From Candidatus Kapaibacterium sp. (GTDB taxonomy: Bacteria; Bacteroidota; Ignavibacteria; Kapaibacteriales; UBA2268), in NCBI GenBank assembly GCA_031550405.1, contig JAVBOP010000034.1:1-41948 (forward strand): a DNA stretch of 41,948 nucleotides, read 5' to 3'. Below are positions 19,900 to 30,024 of this stretch, in pieces. The position numbers were made by a program, and so were the translations under genes. Within the stretch, counting starts at the first letter, position 1; each line of letters begins with the position of its first letter. The notes beneath the pieces were generated by a model, which did no database searches, was not told where the DNA came from, and saw only the letters and a list, made by a program, of their open reading frames with translations.

Positions 19900-20048
19900 G
19901 CTAACCGCAAAACAGCTGCGCCATAGGGAATTGCGTTGAAAAAAATTGCCGTTATAAATTTGCCATTTACTAAAGTTAGATATATTGCCTGATATTTTGT
20001 ATATTTGGTTTTTCTAATTTTTATATAATTAAATAATTGATTGATGCT

Positions 20049-21137
20049 ATGAAAATTACTCGATTTAATGCAATACACAAGGCACTTGCAGCCAAAATGG
20101 TTGAATTTGCAGGCTTTGAAATGCCAATACAGTATGCCGGCGGCATAATACACGAGCATAAGGTGGTTCGTGAGAAAGTTGGTGTTTTTGATGTTTCGCA
20201 CATGGGCGAATTTGAAGTGCGGGGCAAGGATGCTCTTAATTTCCTTCAATATCTAACACTTAATGATGCTGCTAAATTGCAGAAAGGCAATGTGCAATAT
20301 TCTGCCATGTGCTTTGAAGATGGCGGTATTGTTGACGATTTTCTCGTGTATAACATGGGAGATTACTATTTACTGGTTGTAAACGGTGCCAATATTCCAA
20401 AGGATTGGGATTGGGCAAATAAAATTGCTGCCAAATTTGATGTGCAATTGACGGATGTGTCCGATGAATACAATCTGCTTGCAGTTCAAGGTCCTAAGTC
20501 TATTGAAACAATACAGAAGCTCACTTCAACCAATCTGTCCAATATCGAATTTTACAATTTTGAATCAGGCAAAGTCGCAGGCATTGATGCCATACTTTCC
20601 CGCACAGGCTATACGGGCGAATTAGGGTTTGAACTATATTTTAAAGGCGATGAAACTGCTGCCAAAAAAATGTGGGACGCTTTGTTCGAAGCCGGCAATG
20701 AATTTGGCATAGAGCCAACAGGGCTTGGCGCAAGGGACACATTGAGGATGGAAAAGGGCTATTGCCTGTATGGCAACGACATAGACCAGACGACCAATCC
20801 AATTGAAGCGGGTTTGGGCTGGATAACCAAGTTTGACAAGGGCGCATTTGTGGCATCGGACATATTAGCCAAGATAAAGGCAGATAAGCCTTCCCGCAAT
20901 TTGGTGGGCATATTTAGCGATGCCGAAAAATTCATTCCAAGACACGGCTATAAAATATTTGCGGGCGACAAAGAAATAGGAATCGTTACAAGCGGCAATA
21001 TCTCGCCATCCCTGAACAAACCTATTGCAATAGGCTATGTGCAGGCGGAGCACAAAGCGCCGGGCACGAAAATAGAGATAGAAGCTCGAGGCAAGAAATT
21101 TCCTGCTGAAGTAACCAGAATGCCTTTCCTGAAATAG
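20049..21137 (+). CDS. gcvT: Glycine cleavage system aminomethyltransferase T
   Basis: FAGFEMPIQY, FDVSHMGE, SRTGYTGELGFE, GLGARDTLRME. Confidence 0.96.
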   Translation: MKITRFNAIHKALAAKMVEFAGFEMPIQYAGGIIHEHKVVREKVGVFDVSHMGEFEVRGKDALNFLQYLTLNDAAKLQKGNVQYSAMCFEDGGIVDDFLVYNMGDYYLLVVNGANIPKDWDWANKIAAKFDVQLTDVSDEYNLLAVQGPKSIETIQKLTSTNLSNIEFYNFESGKVAGIDAILSRTGYTGELGFELYFKGDETAAKKMWDALFEAGNEFGIEPTGLGARDTLRMEKGYCLYGNDIDQTTNPIEAGLGWITKFDKGAFVASDILAKIKADKPSRNLVGIFSDAEKFIPRHGYKIFAGDKEIGIVTSGNISPSLNKPIAIGYVQAEHKAPGTKIEIEARGKKFPAEVTRMPFLK

Positions 21138-21157
21138 AAAACCAATCATTGCAATAC

Positions 21158-21189
21158 CGGTAAAAGACACGCAAATGTGTCTTTTACCG
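21158..21189. terminator. Terminator hairpin after gcvT
   Basis: cggtaaaagacac-gcaaat-gtgtcttttaccg, perfect 13-bp stem. Confidence 0.7.
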
Positions 21190-21254
21190 TGTAAATGTCT
21201 TTAGATTGTAGCATACACTAATACCGGTTCATCAATCTTTCCTGTTTGAGATGA

Positions 21255-21276
21255 TTTATGAATAAAAATTAATAAA
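21255..21276. repeat. Iterated palindrome site
   Basis: TTTATGAA TAAAAA TTAATAAA, between convergent gcvT and polA. Confidence 0.85.
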
Positions 21277-21335
21277 ACCGCATATAGTAAAGCCATGTTG
21301 ATATGCTTCCTTTCCACCACTCCACTTAAAAAAAC

Positions 21336-24146
21336 TTAGCTTTCCTGTTGGGCTTCAAGCCAGTTTTTGCCAAAGCCAATACGCACAGCTAAAGGCACAT
21401 CGCCCAATGGCATGACATAAGCCATATTCGTATTGACTATATCTGCAATAGTATCAAGCTCCTCCGCCTTTACCTCAAGCAGCAATTCGTCGTGTATCTG
21501 CGATATAATTTTTGATTGCAAATTGCGCTCCTTCATCGTGCGGTACGTATTGATCATACTCAGTTTAATTAAATCCGAAGCCGTACCCTGCACAGGCATA
21601 TTGACTGCGGCACGTTCTACTGCTGCCCGCACATGCTGGTTGCTGCTATTAATATCAGGGAAATAGCGCTTACGACCTGTAACAGTCTGTGAATATCCCG
21701 TCTGCCTTACCTCATTAACCGTATTTGCAATATAGTTTTTGATTTTAGGGAATCTGTCAAAATAGTTGTTAATGACATCCTGAGCAACATTTCGAGGCAT
21801 ATTCAGGCGCTGCGATAAGCCATAGGCACCCAAGCCATACATGATGCCGAAGTTCACAGTTTTTGCGGTATGCCGCATATCGTAACTTACTAAATTATAA
21901 GGTACATCAAACAATATTGCCGCTGTTGCGGAATGAATATCGGCATTGTTTTGAAAGGCATTTATCAAATTTTCGTCATTGCTCAAATATGCCATAATTC
22001 GCAGCTCAATTTGGGAATAATCGGCGGAAAGCAGGAAATCATCAGGGTTTTGCGGTATAATAGCCCGCCGTATTTCCTTGCCAATATTATTCTTTATGGG
22101 AATATTCTGCAAGTTTGGTTCGGACGAAGAAAGCCGCCCCGTACTGGCAACAGTCTGGTTAAAATTCGTATGTATGCGTTTTGTAGCATGATTAATCAGC
22201 TTCGGCATAGTATCAATATATGCCGTCTTTAACTTCATATATTGCCGATACTTAAGCACGCTGTCCACTATTTTATATTCTTCTGCCAGTTTGCTTAAAA
22301 CCTGAACATCGGTACTGTAACCTGTCTTCGTTTTTTTGTATGCAGGCAGCTTCAATTTGTCGAAAAGCACCTCGCCAAGCTGCTTCGGAGAATCAATATT
22401 AAACACCTCGCCACTTTCGTAATATATCGTTTTGGTCAAATCGGCAATAGTTGTGTTGAGCTGCTCCGAGATAATTTTAAATTTATCCGTATCAATATAA
22501 ATTCCCGTAACCTCCATGTCTACAAGAACTTCTATAAGCGGGAACTCTATGTTGCTGGCAAGATAAGCTGCATTGCTTTCGGCTAATTTGCCATTCATTG
22601 CATCGCATAATTGCAGAGATATGTCGGCTGTTTCGCTGTAAAAATCGGATGATTTTTCAGGAAGAATATTCATTTTGTCCTTGTTGCTGCCTTTTTCAAT
22701 GCCAGTAATGCTCGATAATGAAATAGGGGTATAGTTCAGATATTTATCTGTAATTGCCTGAAAATCATGAGAATTATCTGGATTCAAAATATAATCTGCA
22801 ACCATCGGATCAAACGTAATTGGCGAAAGATTAATGCCATACCGCTTTAAAATATATGCGTCTTTTTTTATATCATATCCACATTTCATAACCGCAGGAT
22901 TTTCAAGAACTTCCTTCAAATTGCACAAAATATGTTCGAGCAACAGGCTGTCGGTATCCTGCGCATCATTGCTTGCGAAAAGCGAGTGCTCCTGCGGCTC
23001 CGGAGCGATTGGAATATAATATGCCTCATGTTTGTTGCGCGCCAGTGCAATGCCTGTAATATTGGAACTGTTGCGGTCGGTGGAATCAGTTTCAATGCAA
23101 ATAGAAAGTATCGAACTATCGCCGATATGTGCAAGCAGCATGTCGATATTTTTCTGTGTAACTGCTATATAATTATGGGGAATAGAAGATATATTGCTTT
23201 TAGAATCATTAGATGAATTTGGCTGTAATAAATCTGCTGGCTCAGAGATTAATGAATAATTATTCATTTTTCTTTTGAGCCATTTTTCGCGCAGCTGCTT
23301 AAATCCCAATTCCGCAAACATCTTATCTAATTCGCTGAAATCAGGTTGGTTAAGCTTCAGCATCTCGAATGCGGCATTTAATTCGCTGATTTCAACATCA
23401 GTATTTATCGTAACAAGCTCTTTCGATAAAAAAGCCATTTTCTTATTCTCTATAAGTTTATTTTTTATCGCTGGCTTAGCGATTTTATCTATATTTTCAT
23501 AAATATTTTCGAGCGAACCAAATTCTTCTATAAGCGGTATTGCGCTTTTTTCACCAATGCCTTTGACGCCGGGAACATTGTCCGAGCTGTCGCCGATAAG
23601 TGCAAGATAATCAATAACTTGAGATGACAAAACGCCAAATTTGCCTTTTACATTTTCGGAAGCAATCAACTCAAATTCATTCGTATTTTTACTGCTTCTC
23701 ATTAAAAATATATTTTCCTGCAAAATTTGAAAAAAATCCTTATCCGCAGTATAACAATATACTTGCACGTTATTTACCGCATTTTTTTTCGCCAAAGTGC
23801 CAATAATATCGTCCGCTTCAAAGCCTGCTTTTTCAATCCTCCTCAAGCCGATCAAGTCGAGAAATCTCTTTATATGCGGCATTTGCAACGCCAAGTCTTC
23901 GGGGAATTTCTTACGGTTCGCTTTATACTGGTCATATATTTCATGGCGAAAAGTCGGCGCCTGACAATCAAAAACAACAGCAATATTTTCAGGTTTTTCT
24001 TTTTCCAGAAGCGAAGTTATAATATTTGCAAAACCAAAAATAGCGCCTGTTGGTTCACCTTTTTTATTGCTAAGCTGTGATTTTTCCATAGCATAGTAAG
24101 CACGAAAAACCAGCGACATTCCATCTACAAGATATAGTTTGGGCAT
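21336..24146 (-). CDS. polA: DNA polymerase I
   Basis: 5'-3' exonuclease (EADD, GDSSDNVPGV), motif A DYSQIELR, motif B AKTVNFGIMYG, motif C QIHDEL. Confidence 0.96.
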   Translation of the reverse strand: MPKLYLVDGMSLVFRAYYAMEKSQLSNKKGEPTGAIFGFANIITSLLEKEKPENIAVVFDCQAPTFRHEIYDQYKANRKKFPEDLALQMPHIKRFLDLIGLRRIEKAGFEADDIIGTLAKKNAVNNVQVYCYTADKDFFQILQENIFLMRSSKNTNEFELIASENVKGKFGVLSSQVIDYLALIGDSSDNVPGVKGIGEKSAIPLIEEFGSLENIYENIDKIAKPAIKNKLIENKKMAFLSKELVTINTDVEISELNAAFEMLKLNQPDFSELDKMFAELGFKQLREKWLKRKMNNYSLISEPADLLQPNSSNDSKSNISSIPHNYIAVTQKNIDMLLAHIGDSSILSICIETDSTDRNSSNITGIALARNKHEAYYIPIAPEPQEHSLFASNDAQDTDSLLLEHILCNLKEVLENPAVMKCGYDIKKDAYILKRYGINLSPITFDPMVADYILNPDNSHDFQAITDKYLNYTPISLSSITGIEKGSNKDKMNILPEKSSDFYSETADISLQLCDAMNGKLAESNAAYLASNIEFPLIEVLVDMEVTGIYIDTDKFKIISEQLNTTIADLTKTIYYESGEVFNIDSPKQLGEVLFDKLKLPAYKKTKTGYSTDVQVLSKLAEEYKIVDSVLKYRQYMKLKTAYIDTMPKLINHATKRIHTNFNQTVASTGRLSSSEPNLQNIPIKNNIGKEIRRAIIPQNPDDFLLSADYSQIELRIMAYLSNDENLINAFQNNADIHSATAAILFDVPYNLVSYDMRHTAKTVNFGIMYGLGAYGLSQRLNMPRNVAQDVINNYFDRFPKIKNYIANTVNEVRQTGYSQTVTGRKRYFPDINSSNQHVRAAVERAAVNMPVQGTASDLIKLSMINTYRTMKERNLQSKIISQIHDELLLEVKAEELDTIADIVNTNMAYVMPLGDVPLAVRIGFGKNWLEAQQES

Positions 24147-24265
24147 TTTTCTCTCGTTATTATTATTCTAAAATAAACAAAAAATGTTAATTGGCATGGT
24201 TCACATTTAAAAGATTTGTATTATTTTAGCAGGATTTAAGTTAACTACATTCATTGACGCTGTAG

Positions 24266-24289
24266 AATTATGATTTTTTATTCATAATT
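24266..24289. repeat. Iterated palindrome site (one mismatch)
   Basis: AATTATGAT TTTTTA TTCATAATT. Confidence 0.7.
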
Positions 24290-24310
24290 TTGTACACTTA
24301 GAGAATATAT

Positions 24311-25039
24311 ATGCGATATTTAATAATAGCCTTTTTGCTGAATACAGGCGTACTTTTGGCTCAAAATCCCAATCCATCCCTGCCGCCTGCAGGCTTGCCC
24401 GACACAACAATGCTTGAGCCTGATACGCCGAATCCTGACACAATATACACCTTCATATCGCCGCGCCCGCTTTTGCTCGGCGCACGGGCGCAAGCCAAGC
24501 GGAACACTATCGGACTGGAGGTGCTGTTTTCGGGTTCTGGCTTGGGAATCGGCTGCCAAATGGAGCGAGTGTTGAATACGGATTACAAGCTGAATTGGGG
24601 AATATTTTTTTCAGGCAAAAGAGCCAGCGATGAAATTGAGTATTACGACAACTATGGCAACAGCATTATCTACAATAAAATCAACAGGTTATACGTTTTG
24701 CCACTGAATATTGGCATACAGAGGTATATAAACATAAAGGATTTGGGGAAAACCTTCCGCCCATTTGTCAATGCAATGCTCAACCCTGCTTTAATTTGGC
24801 AAATACCATATCGCTCAAGCTGGTTCAATGATCTGAAATTTTCGGAATGGCATTTTCGATTTGGCGGCGGCATCGCTGTTGGTGCGGATTTTGGCGAGAT
24901 AAATACATCTCTAATCAGCTTTAAATTAAAGTACTTATACATTCCTTACGGTAGTTCTGGCTTAGAAAGCATAAAGGATTTACCTATCAAAAATTTCGGC
25001 GGCTTTTTCCTCTCCCTCACCGCTGGCAGCTATTATTAA
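24311..25039 (+). CDS. Exported protein, probable outer-membrane beta-barrel
   Basis: Signal peptide, Pro-rich linker, alternating beta-strand pattern, aromatic C-terminus (FFLSLTAGSYY). Confidence 0.6.
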   Translation: MRYLIIAFLLNTGVLLAQNPNPSLPPAGLPDTTMLEPDTPNPDTIYTFISPRPLLLGARAQAKRNTIGLEVLFSGSGLGIGCQMERVLNTDYKLNWGIFFSGKRASDEIEYYDNYGNSIIYNKINRLYVLPLNIGIQRYINIKDLGKTFRPFVNAMLNPALIWQIPYRSSWFNDLKFSEWHFRFGGGIAVGADFGEINTSLISFKLKYLYIPYGSSGLESIKDLPIKNFGGFFLSLTAGSYY

Positions 25040-25066
25040 ACTATAGGTTTAATAGACAAATAATAG

Positions 25067-25142
25067 CTGTCATTCTGAGCGGAGCGGAGAATCTGGTAAA
25101 TCCTGTCATTCTGAGCGGAGCGGAGAATCTGGTAAATCCTGT
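25067..25142 (+). repeat. 36-bp tandem repeat containing a REP-like hairpin
   Basis: Two exact copies of ctgtcattctgagcggagcggagaatctggtaaatc. Confidence 0.85.
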
Positions 25143-25237
25143 AATCTTGATTCTGTTGTTTATTAAAATATATTCAGAAAAGAATCTGGTAAATCCTGTA
25201 ATCTTGATTCTGTTATTTATGAATATTTATTCAGAAA
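25124..25237 (+). repeat. 57-bp tandem duplication; each copy ends in a palindrome site (25159-25180, 25216-25237)
   Basis: agaatctggtaaatcctgtaatcttgattctgtt[g/a] followed by TTTATTAA AATATA TTCAGAAA or TTTATGAA TATTTA TTCAGAAA. Confidence 0.85.
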
Positions 25238-25261
25238 TATGGTTGATAGCTTAATATAAAT

Positions 25262-25294
25262 AAAAAAAATCCCGCCAAAATAAATGGTGGGATT
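25262..25294 (-). terminator. Intrinsic terminator of rpsU
   Basis: Minus strand AATCCCACCA-N7-TGGCGGGATT followed by a T-run. Confidence 0.7.
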
Positions 25295-25320
25295 ATGTTC
25301 TGAAAAATCATCTTATATTT

Positions 25321-25515
25321 TTATATCATTTCTTTTGAAATGCGGTATTGCCGTCTTGATGATTTGATCCGTTGCTGTCTTTTTTCGATAGAAGGCTTCA
25401 TAAATGCCGTACGTTTTCGATATTCTCTAAGAATTCCACTTCTTTCGTACTTTTTCTTAAAGCGTCTCAAGGCTCTATCTATATTTTCATTAGACTGTAA
25501 TGTTACACCTATCAC
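25321..25515 (-). CDS. rpsU: 30S ribosomal protein bS21
   Basis: ENIDRALRRFKKKYERSGILREYRKRTAFMKPS; GTG start with GAGGTG upstream. Confidence 0.93.
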   Translation of the reverse strand: MIGVTLQSNENIDRALRRFKKKYERSGILREYRKRTAFMKPSIEKRQQRIKSSRRQYRISKEMI

Positions 25516-25562
25516 TGCTGAACTTCACCTCGCTTTATGTGCAGTATTATTTTAAAATAAAA

Positions 25563-25991
25563 TCAACTTGAAAAATTTTCAATCAATCGCTTTTCATTAT
25601 TCTTTTCAAATTGCACAACAATGGCATTTCCGCCTGTGCTTGTTGTACTTTTTGCTCTAACTATACCAACGTCATCCCAAACAGCATGAAATATCACATC
25701 GCCTATGCAATATTCCTCACGAGGTGAGTATTTTCGCGCATCTTCTCGCGTAATAGGAATAATCGCCTTGGATTTATCGCTACCTGCATCTATAGAGTCA
25801 AGATTGATAAGTTGTGAGTGATGGCTTCGCGTACATCTTGCCCACTGATGCCTTCCGGATTCGGTAACAACCGGTTCTCCGATAAGCTCATGCTTGGTCT
25901 CTTTCATTAAAAAGGTAGAATAAAGAGTTATGTATTTTGCTTTACGAACTCGTAGCTTCTTAGCAACAGGTTCAGGGGTAGTTGAGGACAT
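25563..25991 (-). CDS. Hypothetical protein, possible C-terminal SH3/Tudor-like domain
   Basis: 142-aa ORF co-directional with rpsU; YCIGDVIFHAVWDDVGIV...IVVQFE pattern. Confidence 0.6.
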   Translation of the reverse strand: MSSTTPEPVAKKLRVRKAKYITLYSTFLMKETKHELIGEPVVTESGRHQWARCTRSHHSQLINLDSIDAGSDKSKAIIPITREDARKYSPREEYCIGDVIFHAVWDDVGIVRAKSTTSTGGNAIVVQFEKNNEKRLIENFSS

Positions 25992-26136
25992 TTGACACCT
26001 GCTATTTTTTTTGCAAATTCTTTCTTACAAAAATAACACTTTCTTGCGAGATAAAAAAATGCAGAAAAATAACGCATTCGAAATACAGTGCTTGCATATA
26101 TTCGAAACACCATTTCTGAATATTTTTTGAGGAGAT

Positions 26137-27264
26137 TATACTCTTTGCTAATACAAATTTGTAGTTGCTTTGTTTCTCCAAAAAAGTGTTGTATTTGCGT
26201 ATAGATTCTAAGATAAAAATCATTAACGTTGTAGAAAGTGAACGAGAGCTTGAAAATTTATTAAGAAAACATGCAGGAACGTTTTTTGCTCCTCGCATAA
26301 AAATGCTAATGCAAATAAAAAAATATTCAAGCAAAATTACGATTAACTCGCTTCATCGTATCTTGAAGGTGAGCGAAAATACGCTAAGTACTTGGAGTAC
26401 AAACTACTTAAATGGTTGCATTGGAGAGTTGCTGAGCCATAAAAAACTGGACATCGTCCATCAGTTTTTATTCCAGAGGAGCATGTTTTTGTAGAAAAAA
26501 TTTCTACAAATTTGAGTAGTGTTACTGACAGGTACAAGGAATTATTGCTAATTGTTAATCAAAAATTTAATAAAAAACATTCTTATTTTACTTTTCGAAA
26601 TTATTGCATTCGTAAATTTAAATCAAAAGTTAAAATCTCCCATAAGTCCCATATAAAAAAAGAGGCTAATGCTGTAAAAGCTTTAAAAAAAACTTCAAAA
26701 ATAATTATAAAAAAATAATCCAATCAAAAATGAATAAATATTCATAAACAAACCTTTATTTTGAAGACGAAAGTCATTTTGAACTGATGACAAAAAACGG
26801 TAAATGCCTTGCAGCAAAAGGAGTTAAGTCTGAGTGCAAATTTCAGCAAGTTTTCAAATCAACTTGGTTATTTGGGGCATTTTCGCCCAAAGATTGCAAT
26901 AATTTTTTGCTTGAATTATCCATTGTGATGGCGTTACTTTTCAATATTTTATTGACGAATTTTCCAAACAAAATGAAAATAAATTTAAAATAATTGTCTT
27001 AGATAACGCTGCATTTCACAAAGTAAAATCTCTGTAATTGCCTGATAATATTACACTTATGTTTTTGCCGCCGTATAGTCTGGAATTGAATCCTGCTGAA
27101 AAAATTTGATGGAAATTTAAGCGAGAATTTTCTAACAAATTATTCGAAAATATTGAAAAATTAAATAATTTTTTATCAGACCTGTCAAATTCATTGACAA
27201 AAGAGGAGGTCAGTTCTATTTGTTCATGCAATTATGCTATAAATTTGTATTAGCAAATGGTATA
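26137..27264 (+). mobile_element. IS630-family insertion sequence (decayed)
   Basis: Ends TATACTCTTTGCTAATACAAATTTGTAG and CTATAAATTTGTATTAGCAAATGGTATA (25/28 complementary, TA termini); about 1.13 kb. Confidence 0.9.
26201..27253 (+). pseudogene. IS630 transposase pseudogene
   Basis: DDE remnants YFEDESHF, IVLDNAAFHK, FLPPYSLELNPAEKI*W; A8C slippery run near 26686-26694; start mutated to ATA; several stops and frameshifts. Confidence 0.88.
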
Positions 27265-27461
27265 ACATGTTGGATTTATTGAAGTTGTATTTGTATAGTT
27301 GAATTCATCATATTCCAAGTAGCCGTCGTTTGGAAGCTGAAACGCATCGTGATTTTAGAAGCTTATAAAAGAATGTAATACGTTGATAGACCATGTATTT
27401 GGAACGCTATTAGTTCTGTCAAACCAATTCATCAAAAAAGCTATTCGCATAATTCGATATA

Positions 27462-27483
27462 TTTATGAATATTTTTTAATGAA
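27462..27483. repeat. Iterated palindrome site (one mismatch)
   Basis: TTTATGAA TATTTT TTAATGAA, just past the cutA stop. Confidence 0.7.
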
Positions 27484-27489
27484 ATAGCC

Positions 27490-27825
27490 TTATTTTAATT
27501 CGTCGCTCATCCACATGAGATAATCCGGCGTTCCTTTATCTATCCTGATTGATATAATTTCAGGAAGAGTAAATGTGTGTAATTTCTTCACTAACTCCAC
27601 AATTTCGTCAAACAATCTTGAGTCAGTTTTAACCATAAGCTGCGTTTCTTTGTATTCTTCAATTTTTTCTTTCCATCGGTATGTAGAAATAATTTGTGGA
27701 ATAATTGAAACGCAGGCTGCAAGGCGCTCCTCGACCAAAGCCGCTGCTATTTTTCTTCCTTCTTCCACCGAAGGAACAGTAATATAGATAATAATATAAT
27801 CTTCTGTGATATAACTTTTTTGCAT
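27490..27825 (-). CDS. cutA: Divalent-cation tolerance protein CutA
   Basis: LVEERLAACVSI, STYRWKEKIE, LHTFTLPEII, YLMW. Confidence 0.92.
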   Translation of the reverse strand: MQKSYITEDYIIIYITVPSVEEGRKIAAALVEERLAACVSIIPQIISTYRWKEKIEEYKETQLMVKTDSRLFDEIVELVKKLHTFTLPEIISIRIDKGTPDYLMWMSDELK

Positions 27826-27899
27826 TTTAGAACCTTATTGTGATAAAAAATTGTTATCTTGGTTTCAAATTTAATTAATTTTTCTAAAAATAAAAAATA

Positions 27900-28187
27900 A
27901 TGATTGAATTAATAATATTTCATTTGCATATTCTTGCAGCGTTATATGTTTTTACCAAAAACTGGCAGAATATTGGCATAAAAGATGCCTTCTTAGCCGT
28001 TTCCGTTGTCGCGTTAGTTTTTATTGTCGGTTGGTCAATTTCACAAACGATTGCTGATCTTATTTTTCCTGCAAGCTGGCATTCAAAGCATTTTAATGCT
28101 GACACATTTGCTCTATCCTGTTTCATTATCCCCGAAATTCTTTTTTTCTATCTTTTTTTTGTCAAGGATAATAGAAAAGCGGAATAA
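27900..28187 (+). CDS. Small membrane protein
   Basis: 95 aa with three hydrophobic segments. Confidence 0.6.
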   Translation: MIELIIFHLHILAALYVFTKNWQNIGIKDAFLAVSVVALVFIVGWSISQTIADLIFPASWHSKHFNADTFALSCFIIPEILFFYLFFVKDNRKAE

Positions 28188-28348
28188 GGTCAAAATTCAT
28201 ACCTGTTGTCAGCTGTCAATCATGGCAACTATAATCAACCTTATATTTTATCTAAAAAAATGTATAAATAATAAAAAATGCTTATATTTGTTTGAAAATA
28301 TTCGTATATTTACATTCTTAAAAATGTATAAGTGCAGCATAATATACA

Positions 28349-28370
28349 TTTATTAAAAAAAAATCATAAT
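28349..28370. repeat. Iterated palindrome site (one mismatch)
   Basis: TTTATTAA AAAAAA ATCATAAT, upstream of ftsZ. Confidence 0.65.
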
Positions 28371-28416
28371 TCATCACAGAGATAAAGTTACAATAAATAC
28401 CATAGATGGGGGGAAT

Positions 28417-29874
28417 ATGTCTATAGATTTAGCTACTCAATCGCATTTAGCAGCAAAAATTTGTATCATCGGAGTTGGAGGAGCAGGCGGTAATGCTATC
28501 GACAACATGATTAATCGCAATGTACATGGCGTTACCTTTGTTACAGCAAATACCGATAAACAGGCTCTTGACAAGACAAGCGCTGAAAATAAAATACTGC
28601 TTGGAGTTAATTATACCAAAGGTTTGGGCGCAGGAGCAAAGCCTGAAGTTGGCAAAAAGGCAGCCGAAGAAAGCTATGATGAAATAAAACAAATGTTGAA
28701 CGGCTATGATTTGATATTTGTTACATGTGGCATGGGCGGAGGCACCGGAACTGGCGGCTCGCCGGTTATTGCCAAAATAGCGAAAGAAACAGGCGCATTA
28801 GTTGTCGGTATTGTATCCAAGTGCTTTACTCGGGAAGGCAATAACAAAAAAGCTCTTGCAGAGGAAGGTATTGCAAGGCTTAAGGAACATGTTGATGCTT
28901 ATATTGTTGTTCCGAATGACAAAATTCTTGAGGGCTGCAATAACCTGCGCCCGATAGATGCATACCACAAAGCAAATGATATACTCGATAACGCAATAAG
29001 CGGCATAGTTGATATTATTATAAACGACGGTTTTATCAATGTTGATTTTGCAGATGTTCGCACGGTGCTTTCAGGCGTTGGCGAGGTAATTATCGGTATC
29101 GGCAGTGCAAGAGGCGATAATGCCCCAACGGAAGCTGTTATGCAGGCTCTAAACTCTCCTTTCTTCGATGGCTTGTCTATCAAAAATTCTCAGTTTGCGT
29201 TAATAAACATCAAGGCTGGCGAAAATTATACTATTGAGCAAATTCAGATGGCTTATGATACTTTGAAAAAGGCGGCAGGACACGAGATTGATATAAAAAA
29301 TGGCGAAGACTATCTTGTGGATTCTGACGAGTTTGCCATAACAATCATAGCTCCGGCTTCAAAATATGAGAAAAAAAAATTGAATACTGAAGCCAATTTG
29401 GATGCTGCTAAGAATAAAAATTTTCGATTAGATTATAAGGCGGCAAAAAATAAACAAGCTCATAACGAGAGTAATGAAAAATTAAATTTATTTAATAATT
29501 CATCAAATGAGAGCGATAGCGTTGATATTTTCAATCCTAATTCAAAAATAACCAACGTCGCTGCAACGAGAAATGACAATATATCCAGCATCGAAATGAT
29601 AGGCGGGCAGGTGCACGGCTCCCGCTTTGGTAGACCTCATGGCGAAGATGAGCTGAAGGCTTACGACCAGCCTGCATATATCAGAAAAGGCAAGGAATCG
29701 AAATATAATTACAGCATTGACAACAATGTGCCGGAAGTGGTCCCTGCTGACACGCTGCCTGAAGATGAGGAAAAACAAAAGCTGCAAAAGCTGGTAAATA
29801 CTGCTTCCGAAATGGCGGCAAGCAACCCATTCATTAAGTATTTAGCGGATAGCGGCGTAAAATTTCAAAAATAA
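28417..29874 (+). CDS. ftsZ: Cell division protein FtsZ
   Basis: GVGGAGGNA, NTDKQAL, GLGAGA, GMGGGTGTG, T7 loop INVDFADV, long C-terminal linker. Confidence 0.93.
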   Translation: MSIDLATQSHLAAKICIIGVGGAGGNAIDNMINRNVHGVTFVTANTDKQALDKTSAENKILLGVNYTKGLGAGAKPEVGKKAAEESYDEIKQMLNGYDLIFVTCGMGGGTGTGGSPVIAKIAKETGALVVGIVSKCFTREGNNKKALAEEGIARLKEHVDAYIVVPNDKILEGCNNLRPIDAYHKANDILDNAISGIVDIIINDGFINVDFADVRTVLSGVGEVIIGIGSARGDNAPTEAVMQALNSPFFDGLSIKNSQFALINIKAGENYTIEQIQMAYDTLKKAAGHEIDIKNGEDYLVDSDEFAITIIAPASKYEKKKLNTEANLDAAKNKNFRLDYKAAKNKQAHNESNEKLNLFNNSSNESDSVDIFNPNSKITNVAATRNDNISSIEMIGGQVHGSRFGRPHGEDELKAYDQPAYIRKGKESKYNYSIDNNVPEVVPADTLPEDEEKQKLQKLVNTASEMAASNPFIKYLADSGVKFQK

Positions 29875-29893
29875 AAGTAAGGCAAAAACAATC

Positions 29894-29925
29894 AAAAGCT
29901 CGCAGGTCTCTTCCCGCGAGCTTTT
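29894..29925. terminator. Bidirectional terminator after ftsZ
   Basis: aaaagctcgc...gcgagctttt. Confidence 0.7.
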
Positions 29926-30024
29926 GGCATATATAAGCAATAATAAGCATTAAGTTAAGTGCAAGGAGTCTATGGGAAATAGCTTAGTGCGATAGATTTT
30001 CCTGTCCTGCAGTATATAATAGAG

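Noticed and set aside
25067-25237. Tandem repeats as a mini-CRISPR
   Set aside because: The units are directly adjacent with no unique spacers.
25516-25535. Strong SD before rpsU as Bacteroidota-type bS21 autoregulation
   Set aside because: GAGGTG is present, but other genes here (fliC, ADH, OPT) also have SD-like sequences, so it is not distinctive from this window alone.
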